The position numbers and the translations under genes were made by a program. A stretch of DNA of 64,000 nt, taken from Chitinophagales bacterium (lineage in GTDB: Bacteria > Bacteroidota > Bacteroidia > Chitinophagales > Saprospiraceae). The notes beneath the pieces are model-generated. The model did not search any database and was not told the origin of the DNA. It saw only the letters and a program-made list of their open reading frames with translations. Positions 15,136 through 23,750 of the stretch are shown piece after piece. Every line of letters starts with the position of its first letter. The stretch's first letter is position 1. The stretch spans positions 1,661 to 65,660 of the forward strand of contig JAFLBP010000031.1 of the NCBI GenBank assembly GCA_017303875.1, written 5' to 3'.

Positions 15136-16263
15136 TCACACGCCGCCGTTCAGGAAGGGCAGCTTCACGATCACGGCTTCCAGCTTTTTGCCGCCGGCTA
15201 CGATGTGAATTTTTGAGCCGACCTCGGCGTATTTGGCTTTTACGTAGCCCGTACCGATGGGCTTATCCAGCGAAGGCGAGTGGGTACCGGAAGTGACTTC
15301 GCCAATGGCTGCGCCGCGTTTGCTCTCAATGACGTAGCCGTGGCGGGGTACGCGGCGTTCGTTTTCCAGCAGGAAACCGACGAGTTTGCGCTTGACGCCT
15401 TCCGCTTTTTGCTTGCGGAAACGTTCGATGGAGGGGAAATCAACACCTTTATTGAGTTTGGTAATCCAGCCCAGACCGGCTTCCAGCGGACTGCTTTTAT
15501 CGTCAATATCGTTGCCGTACAGGCAATAGCCCATTTCGAGGCGGAGGGTATCACGGGCGCCGAGGCCGCAGGGTTTGATGCCGTGTTTGGCGCCGGCTTT
15601 CATCACTTTATCCCAAATTTTGGCGATATCTTTGTTTTTTCCGTAAATTTCAAAACCGCCCGCGCCGGTGTATCCGGTAGCCGAAACGATGATGTTGTTG
15701 CAGCTGGCAAAGCGGCCGCGGCGGAAATTGTAGTATTTGATGTCGCCGAGGGGCAGGTCGGTGAGTTTTTGCAGGGCCTCTACGGCTTTGGGGCCTTGCA
15801 CGGCGATCAGGCCGGTTTTAGAGGAAATATTCTGCATTTTCACCTGAAAACCACGTGCTAAGCGCTTGAGCCAGCGCCAGTCTTTGATTTCATTGGAGGC
15901 ATTCACTACCAGCATATACGACTCCTCTCCTGCCACAGTCATTTCCGCCACATCGTCGAGGCGGTACACGAGCAGGTCGTCCACAATACCGCCTTTTTTG
16001 TTGGGCATGCAGGAGTATTGAATTTCACCCGGTTTCAGCTTGGATACGTCGTTCGAGGTGGCGCTTTGCAGAAAAGCGGTGGCTTCCGGCCCGCGCACGA
16101 TGAATTCGCCCATGTGGCTGACATCAAAAATACCTAGCGCCAAGCGCACGGCGTGATGCTCCTCGCTGATGGTCGAGTAAGAAATGGGCATGTTGTAGCC
16201 TGCAAATTCGGCCATTTTGGCACCCAGCTCAATATGCCGGGAAGTTAGTGGTGTTTCTTTCAT
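15136..16263 (-). CDS. gcvT: Glycine cleavage system aminomethyltransferase (T protein)
   Basis: 375 aa. ..TPL...H..LGAKM..FAGY.MP..Y..I.EEH.AVR...[13 protein letters not shown], with typical full-length GcvT organisation. Confidence 0.95.
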   Translation of the reverse strand: MKETPLTSRHIELGAKMAEFAGYNMPISYSTISEEHHAVRLALGIFDVSHMGEFIVRGPEATAFLQSATSNDVSKLKPGEIQYSCMPNKKGGIVDDLLVYRLDDVAEMTVAGEESYMLVVNASNEIKDWRWLKRLARGFQVKMQNISSKTGLIAVQGPKAVEALQKLTDLPLGDIKYYNFRRGRFASCNNIIVSATGYTGAGGFEIYGKNKDIAKIWDKVMKAGAKHGIKPCGLGARDTLRLEMGYCLYGNDIDDKSSPLEAGLGWITKLNKGVDFPSIERFRKQKAEGVKRKLVGFLLENERRVPRHGYVIESKRGAAIGEVTSGTHSPSLDKPIGTGYVKAKYAEVGSKIHIVAGGKKLEAVIVKLPFLNGGV

Positions 16264-16280
16264 GTGTATTGATGATGGTT

Positions 16281-16412
16281 GAAGGTTAGGTTCGGAGGTT
16301 TGGGGTTCGGAGGTTTGAGGTTAAGCCCCTCCCAGGGCTTTGGAGTTAAGCCCCTCCCAGGGCTTTGGAGTTAAGCCCCTCCCAGGGGTTTGGGGTCGGG
16401 GTGGGGTCGGGG
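16281..16412. repeat. Tandem repeat block: (ggttcggaggtttgg)x2, a 25-bp unit ttaagcccctcccagggctttggag x3 (16321-16395), and a G-tract run
   Basis: Direct reading of the sequence. The third 25-mer diverges into ggggtttggggtcggggtggggtcgggg. A related inverted copy lies at 33399-33451. Confidence 0.85.
16385..16412 (+). other. Canonical G-quadruplex-forming motif (five GGGG tracts with 1-3-nt loops)
   Basis: GGGGTTTGGGGTCGGGGTGGGGTCGGGG lies on the + strand and abuts the stop codon (16413-16415) of the minus-strand peptidase gene. Confidence 0.6.
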
Positions 16413-17690
16413 TCACTGTTTTTCTTTGGCCTTGTCTTTAATCGCCTTTTTATTTTGCAGCTCCGAAGGTTTGATGTTTTGCATATTCACTTTGGCGGGT
16501 TCGCTTTGCGTTCCTTTTTTATAAGGCACCATCACTTCGCCGGCTTTAAAGCCGAGGCGTTTTTGCACGTCTTCAGGCAAAGCATTTTTATTGATCAACA
16601 GCGAAACGGTATTCAGGCGCATGTAAGCATCGGAAAGGTACAACATGCCTTCGCGGCCGGAATCGGCGCCCCAGGAATTTTTTAGCACATAATACAATCC
16701 TGAATGGGTTTCATCGAGAATACCAGTGATGTGCATGAGGTGGTCGTCGGTTGTTTCTACGCGGTCGAAGGCGGTTTGCCGCAATTCGGGGGTAATTTTT
16801 TGTTCCGGCTCCCAATTGACAAAATTCTGTTTGATTTCTGCTTCCGTTTTATCTTTCAGGGCTTTTTCGGGCACAATTCCCAGGCCTTTAACCCGATCTA
16901 AACCCGGATTGGAAACATCGCCATCCCACACCACTGAGTAGCCCTGCTGAATGGAATAATTCAGGCAACGCAGCAGGTCGTTGAGCGGCAGGTTGTAGTA
17001 TATCCCGCCGGCCCAGTTGTCCGGAATTTCGAGGTTAAACGGCTCATAAAACGGGTGATGGGTAAAAGAGGTAAGGCTGATGTATTCTTCGGGCAAAATA
17101 CCGAGATAATCGCGGTAGCTCTGGGGTGTAAATTCTTTGCCTTCGGCGCTAAATTTTTGCGGTACGGGGCCAAAAAAATCATCAAAAACGCGATCAATAT
17201 CCTGCATCCAGGCACTGCCGAGCTTGCCGATTTTGGCGCGTTGCGCAAAATTGCTGCACATGCCGTCGAGGGTTTTCTCCAACTGGGAATGATCGGGGAC
17301 GGCATCACCCCTTGTACCGGGGTAAGCAGCGGTGGGCACCACACCATAACGGCGCACCGCATTGAGTACATCATGTGCCAGTCCGGCGCCGCCATTCAGG
17401 CTGGAACCGCCCTGCCGACGCACATAGTTATAACATTTTTCGCGATACATACAGCGCATGAGATACAGCGCCGACAGATCGCGCTTCCCCTTGCTCAGGC
17501 GTATTAACTCGCTTTCCAGCATGGAAGTGGTGGAATATGCCCAACAGGCATTAGTTTTGCCCTGGTCTTTAACCGGCGTAGCTTCCAGGGTGTAAACCGT
17601 TTTAAACTCGTATGGCTCGGTATTTTGCTGGGCAACAAGCGGCGCCAGCGGGAGCATTAAAAATGCTAAAAGTCTGAAATTCAAGGACAT
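16413..17690 (-). CDS. C1-family cysteine peptidase, aminopeptidase C / bleomycin-hydrolase-like
   Basis: 425 aa with the signal-like N-terminus MSLNFRLLAFLMLPLAPLVAQQ. The catalytic Cys context is KDQGKTNACWAYSTTSMLESE, and the length and later motifs (..NSWG..) fit C1B. Confidence 0.8.
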   Translation of the reverse strand: MSLNFRLLAFLMLPLAPLVAQQNTEPYEFKTVYTLEATPVKDQGKTNACWAYSTTSMLESELIRLSKGKRDLSALYLMRCMYREKCYNYVRRQGGSSLNGGAGLAHDVLNAVRRYGVVPTAAYPGTRGDAVPDHSQLEKTLDGMCSNFAQRAKIGKLGSAWMQDIDRVFDDFFGPVPQKFSAEGKEFTPQSYRDYLGILPEEYISLTSFTHHPFYEPFNLEIPDNWAGGIYYNLPLNDLLRCLNYSIQQGYSVVWDGDVSNPGLDRVKGLGIVPEKALKDKTEAEIKQNFVNWEPEQKITPELRQTAFDRVETTDDHLMHITGILDETHSGLYYVLKNSWGADSGREGMLYLSDAYMRLNTVSLLINKNALPEDVQKRLGFKAGEVMVPYKKGTQSEPAKVNMQNIKPSELQNKKAIKDKAKEKQ

Positions 17691-17759
17691 GCGTTTGAGC
17701 GTTGGTCTTAAATGCTGTGCAAAATTGCTGAAACCTTTTCTTTTAAACAGAAAGAATCC

Positions 17760-19487
17760 ATGTTTTTGAAAAAAATTGCGCTTTTAACCCTGTCCGGCCT
17801 GCTCGCCGCAACATGTTTTTTCTGGGCATGCGCACCCACAACAAACAAAAAAATGCCTACTGTGATTCTGTACAATGGCATTTTTTTCACAGCCGACTCG
17901 CTACAACCACAGGCGCAAGCGGTGGCCCTGCTCGATGATCGCATCCTGGCAGTAGGCGCTGATGCGGAAATTCGCGCCCTGGCCGGCCCTCAAACGCAGC
18001 AGATCGACCTGAAAGGAGCTTTCGGGATGCCGGGTTTTATTGAAGGACACGGACATTTTTCCGGCCTCGGCAGCAGTCTGGAAAATATTAACCTGATTGA
18101 AACCCAAAGTTGGCAGGAGGTGGTCGGGCAAGTGCAAAACAAGGCACAAAACACGCCCGTCGGCGTGTGGATCGAAGGCCGGGGCTGGCATCAGGAAAAA
18201 TGGAATCAGTCGGCCGGGCGCACCTTCAACGGCTATCCCTACCACGACCAGCTCAGCGCGGCCGCTCCCGGGCATCCGGTGGTGCTGTTTCATGCCAGCG
18301 GCCATGCCCTTATTGCCAATGAAGCAGCGATGCAGTTGGCCGGTGTAAACGCCGAAACTCCCGATCCCAGCGGCGGGCGAATTGTACGCGACGCCGGCGG
18401 CAAACTCACCGGGGTATTTGAAGAAAATGCCATGGGCCTGATTGAGCGACCCTTGCAAGCCTGGAAAGACCAGCGGCCTGAAGCTGAAAAACAGGCGGCT
18501 TTTGAAAAAACTATTCAATTAGCGGTAAACGAATGTCTGCGCTACGGTATCACCTCTTTTCAGGATGCCGGCAGCAGTTTCTGGGAATTGGCCCAATACC
18601 GCCGCATGGCGGAAAGCGACAAACTCGGCATCCGCCTTTGGGCGATGGTGGCGCAACCACAACAACACCAATTAGAACAATTGAAAAATTACCCGCAAAT
18701 CGGGCTGGGCAAAGGCCACTTTACCAGCCGGGCCGTAAAAGTGTATTTCGACGGCGCCCTCGGCTCCTATGGCGCCTGGCTCTTGCAACCTTATGCCGAC
18801 AACCCCGAAATGACAGGGCAAAACACCACTGCCCTGGATAGCGTGGCGGCCATTGCCGCCGCCTGCCGCAAACACGGATTGCAGCTTTGCGTGCATGCCA
18901 TCGGCGACCGTGCCAACCGCGAGGTACTGAACCTGATGTCGAATCCCTCCTCCCCCAAAGGTTTGCGCTGGCGCATAGAACACGCACAACATATTGATCC
19001 ACAGGATATTCCAAGATTTGCTGAATTAGGCATTACGGCCTCCATGCAGGCCATTCACTGCCCGAGCGATGCCCCTTTTGTGGTTAAACGACTCGGCGTG
19101 GAGCGCGCGCGCAGCGGTGCATACGCCTGGCGCAGCCTTCTGGATGCGGGTGCGCGTTTGGCCAATGGCACCGATGCGCCGGTGGAGCTGGTCGCGCCGC
19201 TGCCCTGCATTTATGCGGCCGCCACGCGCAAATCCGTAAAACCGGAACAGCCTGCATTTTTCCCCGAACAAAGTATGACCCGGCAGGAAGCCCTGCTTTC
19301 CTACACCCTCTGGAATGCCTGGGCCGCATTTGAAGAAAAAGAAAAAGGCAGCCTGAGCGCCGGCAAATACGCCGACCTGGTTATTTTGGACAAAGACCTG
19401 CTGCGCTGCGCGCCGGAAACGATTTTGCAGGCCAAAGTACTGCACACCTGGGTAGGCGGAAAGCTCGTTTACCAGCACCCGGAATAA
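17760..19487 (+). CDS. Amidohydrolase-family metallohydrolase (Amidohydro_3 / YtcJ-like), secreted or lipoprotein
   Basis: The internal ATG at 17760 gives the signal peptide MFLKKIALLTLSGLLAATCFFWAC. The metal-binding GFIEGHGHF motif is present, followed by ..VHAIGD.., ..RIEHAQ.. and ..GTDAPVE. Confidence 0.85.
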   Translation: MFLKKIALLTLSGLLAATCFFWACAPTTNKKMPTVILYNGIFFTADSLQPQAQAVALLDDRILAVGADAEIRALAGPQTQQIDLKGAFGMPGFIEGHGHFSGLGSSLENINLIETQSWQEVVGQVQNKAQNTPVGVWIEGRGWHQEKWNQSAGRTFNGYPYHDQLSAAAPGHPVVLFHASGHALIANEAAMQLAGVNAETPDPSGGRIVRDAGGKLTGVFEENAMGLIERPLQAWKDQRPEAEKQAAFEKTIQLAVNECLRYGITSFQDAGSSFWELAQYRRMAESDKLGIRLWAMVAQPQQHQLEQLKNYPQIGLGKGHFTSRAVKVYFDGALGSYGAWLLQPYADNPEMTGQNTTALDSVAAIAAACRKHGLQLCVHAIGDRANREVLNLMSNPSSPKGLRWRIEHAQHIDPQDIPRFAELGITASMQAIHCPSDAPFVVKRLGVERARSGAYAWRSLLDAGARLANGTDAPVELVAPLPCIYAAATRKSVKPEQPAFFPEQSMTRQEALLSYTLWNAWAAFEEKEKGSLSAGKYADLVILDKDLLRCAPETILQAKVLHTWVGGKLVYQHPE

Positions 19488-19558
19488 AATTATGCAAGGC
19501 AGATAACGCTTTTTAGAGAAATTCTTTAAAAAGTTAAAAAATGTTATAAGGGAAAATC

Positions 19559-19566
19559 TACCTTTG
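19559..19566 (+). promoter_or_regulatory. Candidate -7 box (TACCTTTG) upstream of the PUR-like gene
   Basis: A TAnnTTTG match lies 44 nt upstream of the start at 19610. Confidence 0.35.
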
Positions 19567-19609
19567 CTCTTAATACTGTCATCACAACTTATCATCAAAT
19601 ACACAACAG

Positions 19610-20338
19610 GTGGAATACGGTAAATTTAGCCGGGGTGGTTTTAACAGAGATCGCGACCGGGATCGTGGCGGAGACCGCGGAGGCTTCAACCGAGGCGGCG
19701 GCGGCGATCGCGGCGGTTTTAATCGCGACGACCGCGGAGGTTTCAATCGAGGCGGCGGCGACGACCGTGGTGGTTTTAATCGCGACCGGGGCGGCTTCAA
19801 TCGCGACGATCGCGGTGGTTTCAATCGCGACCGCGGCGGAGATCGCGGCGGCTACAACCGCGGCGGTGGCGGCTACAACCGCGACTTTCGGGACCGCGAC
19901 CGGGATCGCGACCGCGATATGGAAGAAAGCGTTTTTTCCAAACGCGTACGCGCCGGCAAACGCCGCACGTATTTCTTCGACGTGAAAAAGACACGCGGTG
20001 AAGACTTCTTTATCACCATTACGGAAAGCACCCGCAAAGACGACGGCTTCGGATACAAGCGCCATAAAATTTTCTTGTACAAAGAAGATTTCAACCGCTT
20101 TGTCGCTTCGCTGAACGAAGTAGTCGATCACGTCAAAACCGAGCTGATGCCCGAATTCGACTACGAAGAGTTCGATCGTCGCCAGGCGGAATGGGAAGCC
20201 CAAAACCGCGACGGTGAAGATGACGATCAGTTTGAAGGCGATGACGACCTCGAAAACAGCCGCGACGCCGGCGAAGAAGGGGAAGAACAAGAGCCGCGCA
20301 AACGCAAAGGCGACGAAGAAGAGGACATGAACTGGTAA
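19610..20338 (+). CDS. PUR-alpha-like (DUF3276) nucleic-acid-binding protein with an N-terminal RGG/FNRD repeat array and an acidic tail
   Basis: The core is KRVRAGKRRTYFFDVKKTRGEDFFITITESTR...YKRHKIFLYKEDFNRFV. The N-terminus has 7x GGFNR plus 2x GGYNR, and the C-terminus is Asp/Glu-rich. GTG start as in the ORF track. Confidence 0.8.
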   Translation: MEYGKFSRGGFNRDRDRDRGGDRGGFNRGGGGDRGGFNRDDRGGFNRGGGDDRGGFNRDRGGFNRDDRGGFNRDRGGDRGGYNRGGGGYNRDFRDRDRDRDRDMEESVFSKRVRAGKRRTYFFDVKKTRGEDFFITITESTRKDDGFGYKRHKIFLYKEDFNRFVASLNEVVDHVKTELMPEFDYEEFDRRQAEWEAQNRDGEDDDQFEGDDDLENSRDAGEEGEEQEPRKRKGDEEEDMNW

Positions 20339-20462
20339 GTTCCTGTATCTCGCTCATTTATAATTGAAATATTTTCTATTGTCGGACGCGCCCCCGCGCG
20401 CGGCATGAGTCATTCTGTCACAGGGTGGCTCATGTTATTTTCCGGCATTCCGAAATCAACTC

Positions 20463-21314
20463 ATGGCTGAATTACCCAAACTTACAGAACTTGCCACACA
20501 AGTCCGCCGCGACATCCTGCGGATGGTCTACACCGTACAAAGCGGCCACCCCGGCGGCTCATTGGGCTGTGTAGAATATTTTGTGGCCCTCTACGGCGCC
20601 GTACTGAAGCACCGCGCCAAACCTTTCCGCATGGAAGGTAAAAAAGAAGACCTCTTTTTCCTCTCCAACGGCCACATCTCTCCGGTCTGGTACAGCGTGC
20701 TGGCCCGCAGCGGTTATTTCCCCGTCGCCGAACTCAACACCTTCCGCAAGCTCAACACACGCCTGCAAGGTCACCCCACTACCCACGAAGGACTCCCCGG
20801 CGTGCGCATCGCCTCCGGCTCCCTGGGGCAGGGCATCTCCGCCGCCATCGGCGCCGCACTGGCCAAACGCCTCGATCAGGATGATCGTTTTGTGTTTTGT
20901 CTCACCGGCGATGGCGAATTGCAGGAAGGCCAGTGCTGGGAAGCCATCATGTTTGCCGCCCACCACAAAGTGGACAAGCTTATTGTGACGGTTGACTGGA
21001 ACGGACAACAAATTGACGGCGCCAACGACGATGTTATTTCGCTCGGCAACCTGCCCGCCAAATGGAAAGCTTTCGGCTGGGACGTGCTCGTACTCGAAAA
21101 CGGCAACGATCTCGGCGCGGTCATCGCCATGCTGCGCCGCGCAAAACGCCGCTGCGGCAAAGGCAAACCCGTTGTCGTGTTGATGAAAACTGAAATGGGC
21201 TACGGCGTGGATTTCATGCAAGGCACCCACAAATGGCATGGCAAAGCGCCCAATCAGGAGCAATTTGAACAGGCCATGGCACAATTACCCACCACCAGCT
21301 TAGGCGACTACTAA
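20463..21314 (+). CDS. Transketolase, N-terminal (TPP-binding) subunit
   Basis: 283 aa. ..SGHPGGSLG..., ..LSNGH.SP..Y, ..GHP......PGV...SGSLGQG and the GDGE..EG motif. Confidence 0.9.
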   Translation: MAELPKLTELATQVRRDILRMVYTVQSGHPGGSLGCVEYFVALYGAVLKHRAKPFRMEGKKEDLFFLSNGHISPVWYSVLARSGYFPVAELNTFRKLNTRLQGHPTTHEGLPGVRIASGSLGQGISAAIGAALAKRLDQDDRFVFCLTGDGELQEGQCWEAIMFAAHHKVDKLIVTVDWNGQQIDGANDDVISLGNLPAKWKAFGWDVLVLENGNDLGAVIAMLRRAKRRCGKGKPVVVLMKTEMGYGVDFMQGTHKWHGKAPNQEQFEQAMAQLPTTSLGDY

Positions 21315-21319
21315 ACACT

Positions 21320-22288
21320 ATGAAACTGCAAGATATTCAATCCTCCGGCAGCAAAGCCACCCGCGATGGCTTCGGCGCCGGACTACTCGAAGCAGGCCGC
21401 CAAAACCCCAATGTGGTGGGCCTCACCGCCGACCTGCTCGAAAGCCTGCAAATGCAGCACTTCCGCAAGGAATTCCCCGAACGCTTTTTCCAGTGCGGTA
21501 TCGCCGAAGCCAATATGATGGGCATCGCAGCCGGATTAGCCTCCGGTGGTAAAATTCCTTTTACCGGCACTTTTGCCAACTTCAGCACCGGCCGCGTGTA
21601 CGACCAGATTCGTCAGAGCATCGCTTATTCGCATAAAAATGTGAAAATCTGCGCTTCGCACGCCGGCCTGACCCTCGGTGAAGACGGCGCCACCCACCAA
21701 ATCCTTGAAGATGTCGGGATGATGCGCATGCTGCCCGGTATGGTGGTCATCAATCCCTGCGACTACAACCAAACCAAAGCTGCCACCCTCGCCATTGCCG
21801 AATATTACGGCCCGGTTTACCTGCGCTTCGGCCGTCCGGCCTGGCCGGTATTTATGCCGGAAAACCAGAAATTCGAGATCGGCAAGGCAGTATTACTCGC
21901 GGAAGGTACGGATGTTACCATTTTCGCCACGGGGCACTTGGTCTGGACGAGCATCGAAGCGGCAAAAGCCCTCGCAGCCGAAGGCATCTCCTGCGAAGTC
22001 ATCAATATTCACACCATCAAACCGCTGGATGAAACAGCGGTGCTGGATTCCGTGAGTAAAACCCGCGCCGTGGTGGTGGCAGAAGAGCACCAGCGCAACG
22101 GAGGCCTCGGCGATGCCATTGCCAACGTGCTGGTGCATCAATTGCCCGTGCCGGTGGAATATGTAGGGGTAAAAGACAGCTTCGGAGAAAGCGGCAAGCC
22201 GCTGGAGCTGCTGGATAAATACGGCCTGGCGCAAAAAGACGTGATCTGGGCCGTTAAAGATGTGTTGGAGCGCAAACCAAGTCGCTAA
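21320..22288 (+). CDS. Transketolase, C-terminal (pyrimidine-binding) subunit
   Basis: 322 aa. ..FPERFFQCGIAEANMMGIAAGLA..GK.PF..TFA.F and ..EDG.THQ..ED. It lies adjacent to the N-terminal subunit gene. Confidence 0.9.
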   Translation: MKLQDIQSSGSKATRDGFGAGLLEAGRQNPNVVGLTADLLESLQMQHFRKEFPERFFQCGIAEANMMGIAAGLASGGKIPFTGTFANFSTGRVYDQIRQSIAYSHKNVKICASHAGLTLGEDGATHQILEDVGMMRMLPGMVVINPCDYNQTKAATLAIAEYYGPVYLRFGRPAWPVFMPENQKFEIGKAVLLAEGTDVTIFATGHLVWTSIEAAKALAAEGISCEVINIHTIKPLDETAVLDSVSKTRAVVVAEEHQRNGGLGDAIANVLVHQLPVPVEYVGVKDSFGESGKPLELLDKYGLAQKDVIWAVKDVLERKPSR

Positions 22289-22336
22289 TTACTCGGCAGC
22301 GAAGTTCCGCTTCGCAAATCTGTCGGACACATACAC

Positions 22337-22380
22337 TAGCTATCCCGATTTTTGAAAATTATCAAATTTCGGGATAGCTA
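22337..22380. terminator. Hairpin between convergent genes (bidirectional terminator candidate)
   Basis: tagctatcccga (22337-22348) is complementary to tcgggatagcta (22369-22380), with an AT-rich loop. Confidence 0.55.
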
Positions 22381-22425
22381 CTTTATATTTCCAGTTACTT
22401 CGAAAGTTGTTTTTTCCGTACGTCA

Positions 22426-23049
22426 CTAAAACCCCATCCGCGCCTGCAATATTTCAAAAAATTGCCCCACATGGTAGCCATCCACCAAGGCATGGTGCAC
22501 ATGGACAGAAACGGGCATCAGCAATTGATCGCCCTGGGGAATGATTTTGCCGACTGAAATTTTAGGGACGCTATCCGGAAAAGCAAAGCTGCGCGCATGG
22601 GAAAGGCTGGTAAAATGCACCCAGGGCAGCGCCGAAAAATGAATGATATTGTTCCGAAAACCCGCCAGCTCCAGGCCGCTTCCTGCCTGTACCCGCGCAA
22701 TTTCCGCCTTTCCCTTTTCCTGAAACTGTTCAAAATCCGGGATAAATTCCATGTAAGAAAACCCGAATGTATGATCGGGACGGTTCACCGTCGGCGAAGC
22801 ATCAACGCGTTCATACACAAACACCTGCTCGTCTTCAATCCGGTAATGAAAAGGTTCCACGGCATTGACGGCGCATAGTATATCGTGCAGGTAACGCAGG
22901 AAAAAAGACTGCTCTTTTGCTTTGGCATCGTTGTAGGCGGCACGGCAATCCACCGTAGCCGTCAGGCCGAAGAACGGCTCCTCAAATTGCCGGAAAAAAT
23001 GAAAATGGTCGCGGCGCGCCCAGCTTTCGATATCGAGTGCAGTTTTCAT
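22426..23049 (-). CDS. cat: Type A chloramphenicol O-acetyltransferase-family protein
   Basis: 207 aa. ..W.RRDHFHFFRQFEEPFFGLT..VDC.. and the catalytic region MPVSVHVHHALVDGYHVGQFF are present. Confidence 0.8.
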   Translation of the reverse strand: MKTALDIESWARRDHFHFFRQFEEPFFGLTATVDCRAAYNDAKAKEQSFFLRYLHDILCAVNAVEPFHYRIEDEQVFVYERVDASPTVNRPDHTFGFSYMEFIPDFEQFQEKGKAEIARVQAGSGLELAGFRNNIIHFSALPWVHFTSLSHARSFAFPDSVPKISVGKIIPQGDQLLMPVSVHVHHALVDGYHVGQFFEILQARMGF

Positions 23050-23060
23050 TGTATTTTGAT

Positions 23061-23738
23061 CTATAAAAACGCCAAAATAGCATCAATCTGCTCCACCTGC
23101 CGGAAATTTTCGTGCTCAATTTTGAAATCAATTTTCTCCAGCGCCCAGGTGGTATGGTAAGGCACATGAATGCCGTGACCGCCGAGGTTGAGCACCGGCA
23201 ACACATCCGATTTCAGGGAATTGCCGATCATGGTAAACTGCGCCGGCTCAATATCAAGGTGGCGAATCAGTTTGCGATAGTCATCTTCCGCTTTTTCCGA
23301 CATGATTTCAATGTGGTGGAAATATTTTTCCAGACCCGATTTGCGCAATTTGCGCTCCTGATCCAGCAGGTCGCCTTTGGTGGCCACCACCAATCGGTAT
23401 TTGCCGTAGAGCGATTCCAGCACGGTTTCCACGCCCGGCAGCAACTCAATGGGCTGATTGAGCATTTCCTTGCCGTATGCAATGACTTTTTCAATGGCAC
23501 TTGCCGGAATAGTCCCTGCCGAAACGCGAATGGCCGTTTCAATCATGGAAAGGATAAAGGCTTTTACGCCATATCCGTAGAGCTTGATATTCTGAATTTC
23601 CGTCTGCAACAATTCCCGCTCCACCGTGTGATGCGGCAAAAAATCTTCGAGTAGTTCGCAGAATTTGCGCTCGGTTGCCTGAAAATAAGGCTCATTTACC
23701 CAGAGGGTATCATCTGCGTCGAAAGCGATCACTTGCAT
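23061..23738 (-). CDS. HAD-superfamily hydrolase
   Basis: Motif I is VIAFDADDTLW, followed by ..VVATKGD.. and ..MIGNSLKSDV. Confidence 0.8.
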   Translation of the reverse strand: MQVIAFDADDTLWVNEPYFQATERKFCELLEDFLPHHTVERELLQTEIQNIKLYGYGVKAFILSMIETAIRVSAGTIPASAIEKVIAYGKEMLNQPIELLPGVETVLESLYGKYRLVVATKGDLLDQERKLRKSGLEKYFHHIEIMSEKAEDDYRKLIRHLDIEPAQFTMIGNSLKSDVLPVLNLGGHGIHVPYHTTWALEKIDFKIEHENFRQVEQIDAILAFL

Positions 23739-23750
23739 AAGGTATCAGCA

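Noticed and set aside
16321-16395. Could the tandem repeats here, and at 63139-63229, be a CRISPR array?
   Set aside because: The units are contiguous (25 bp and 7 bp) with no unique spacers between them, and there are no cas genes in the window.
19582-20290. Antisense ORFs with KPPRSS and AAVA repeats, and a plus-frame ORF at 19635-19985.
   Set aside because: These are frame artefacts of the RGGFNRD-encoding tandem DNA repeats. The PUR-like frame is the only one that continues into a recognisable domain.
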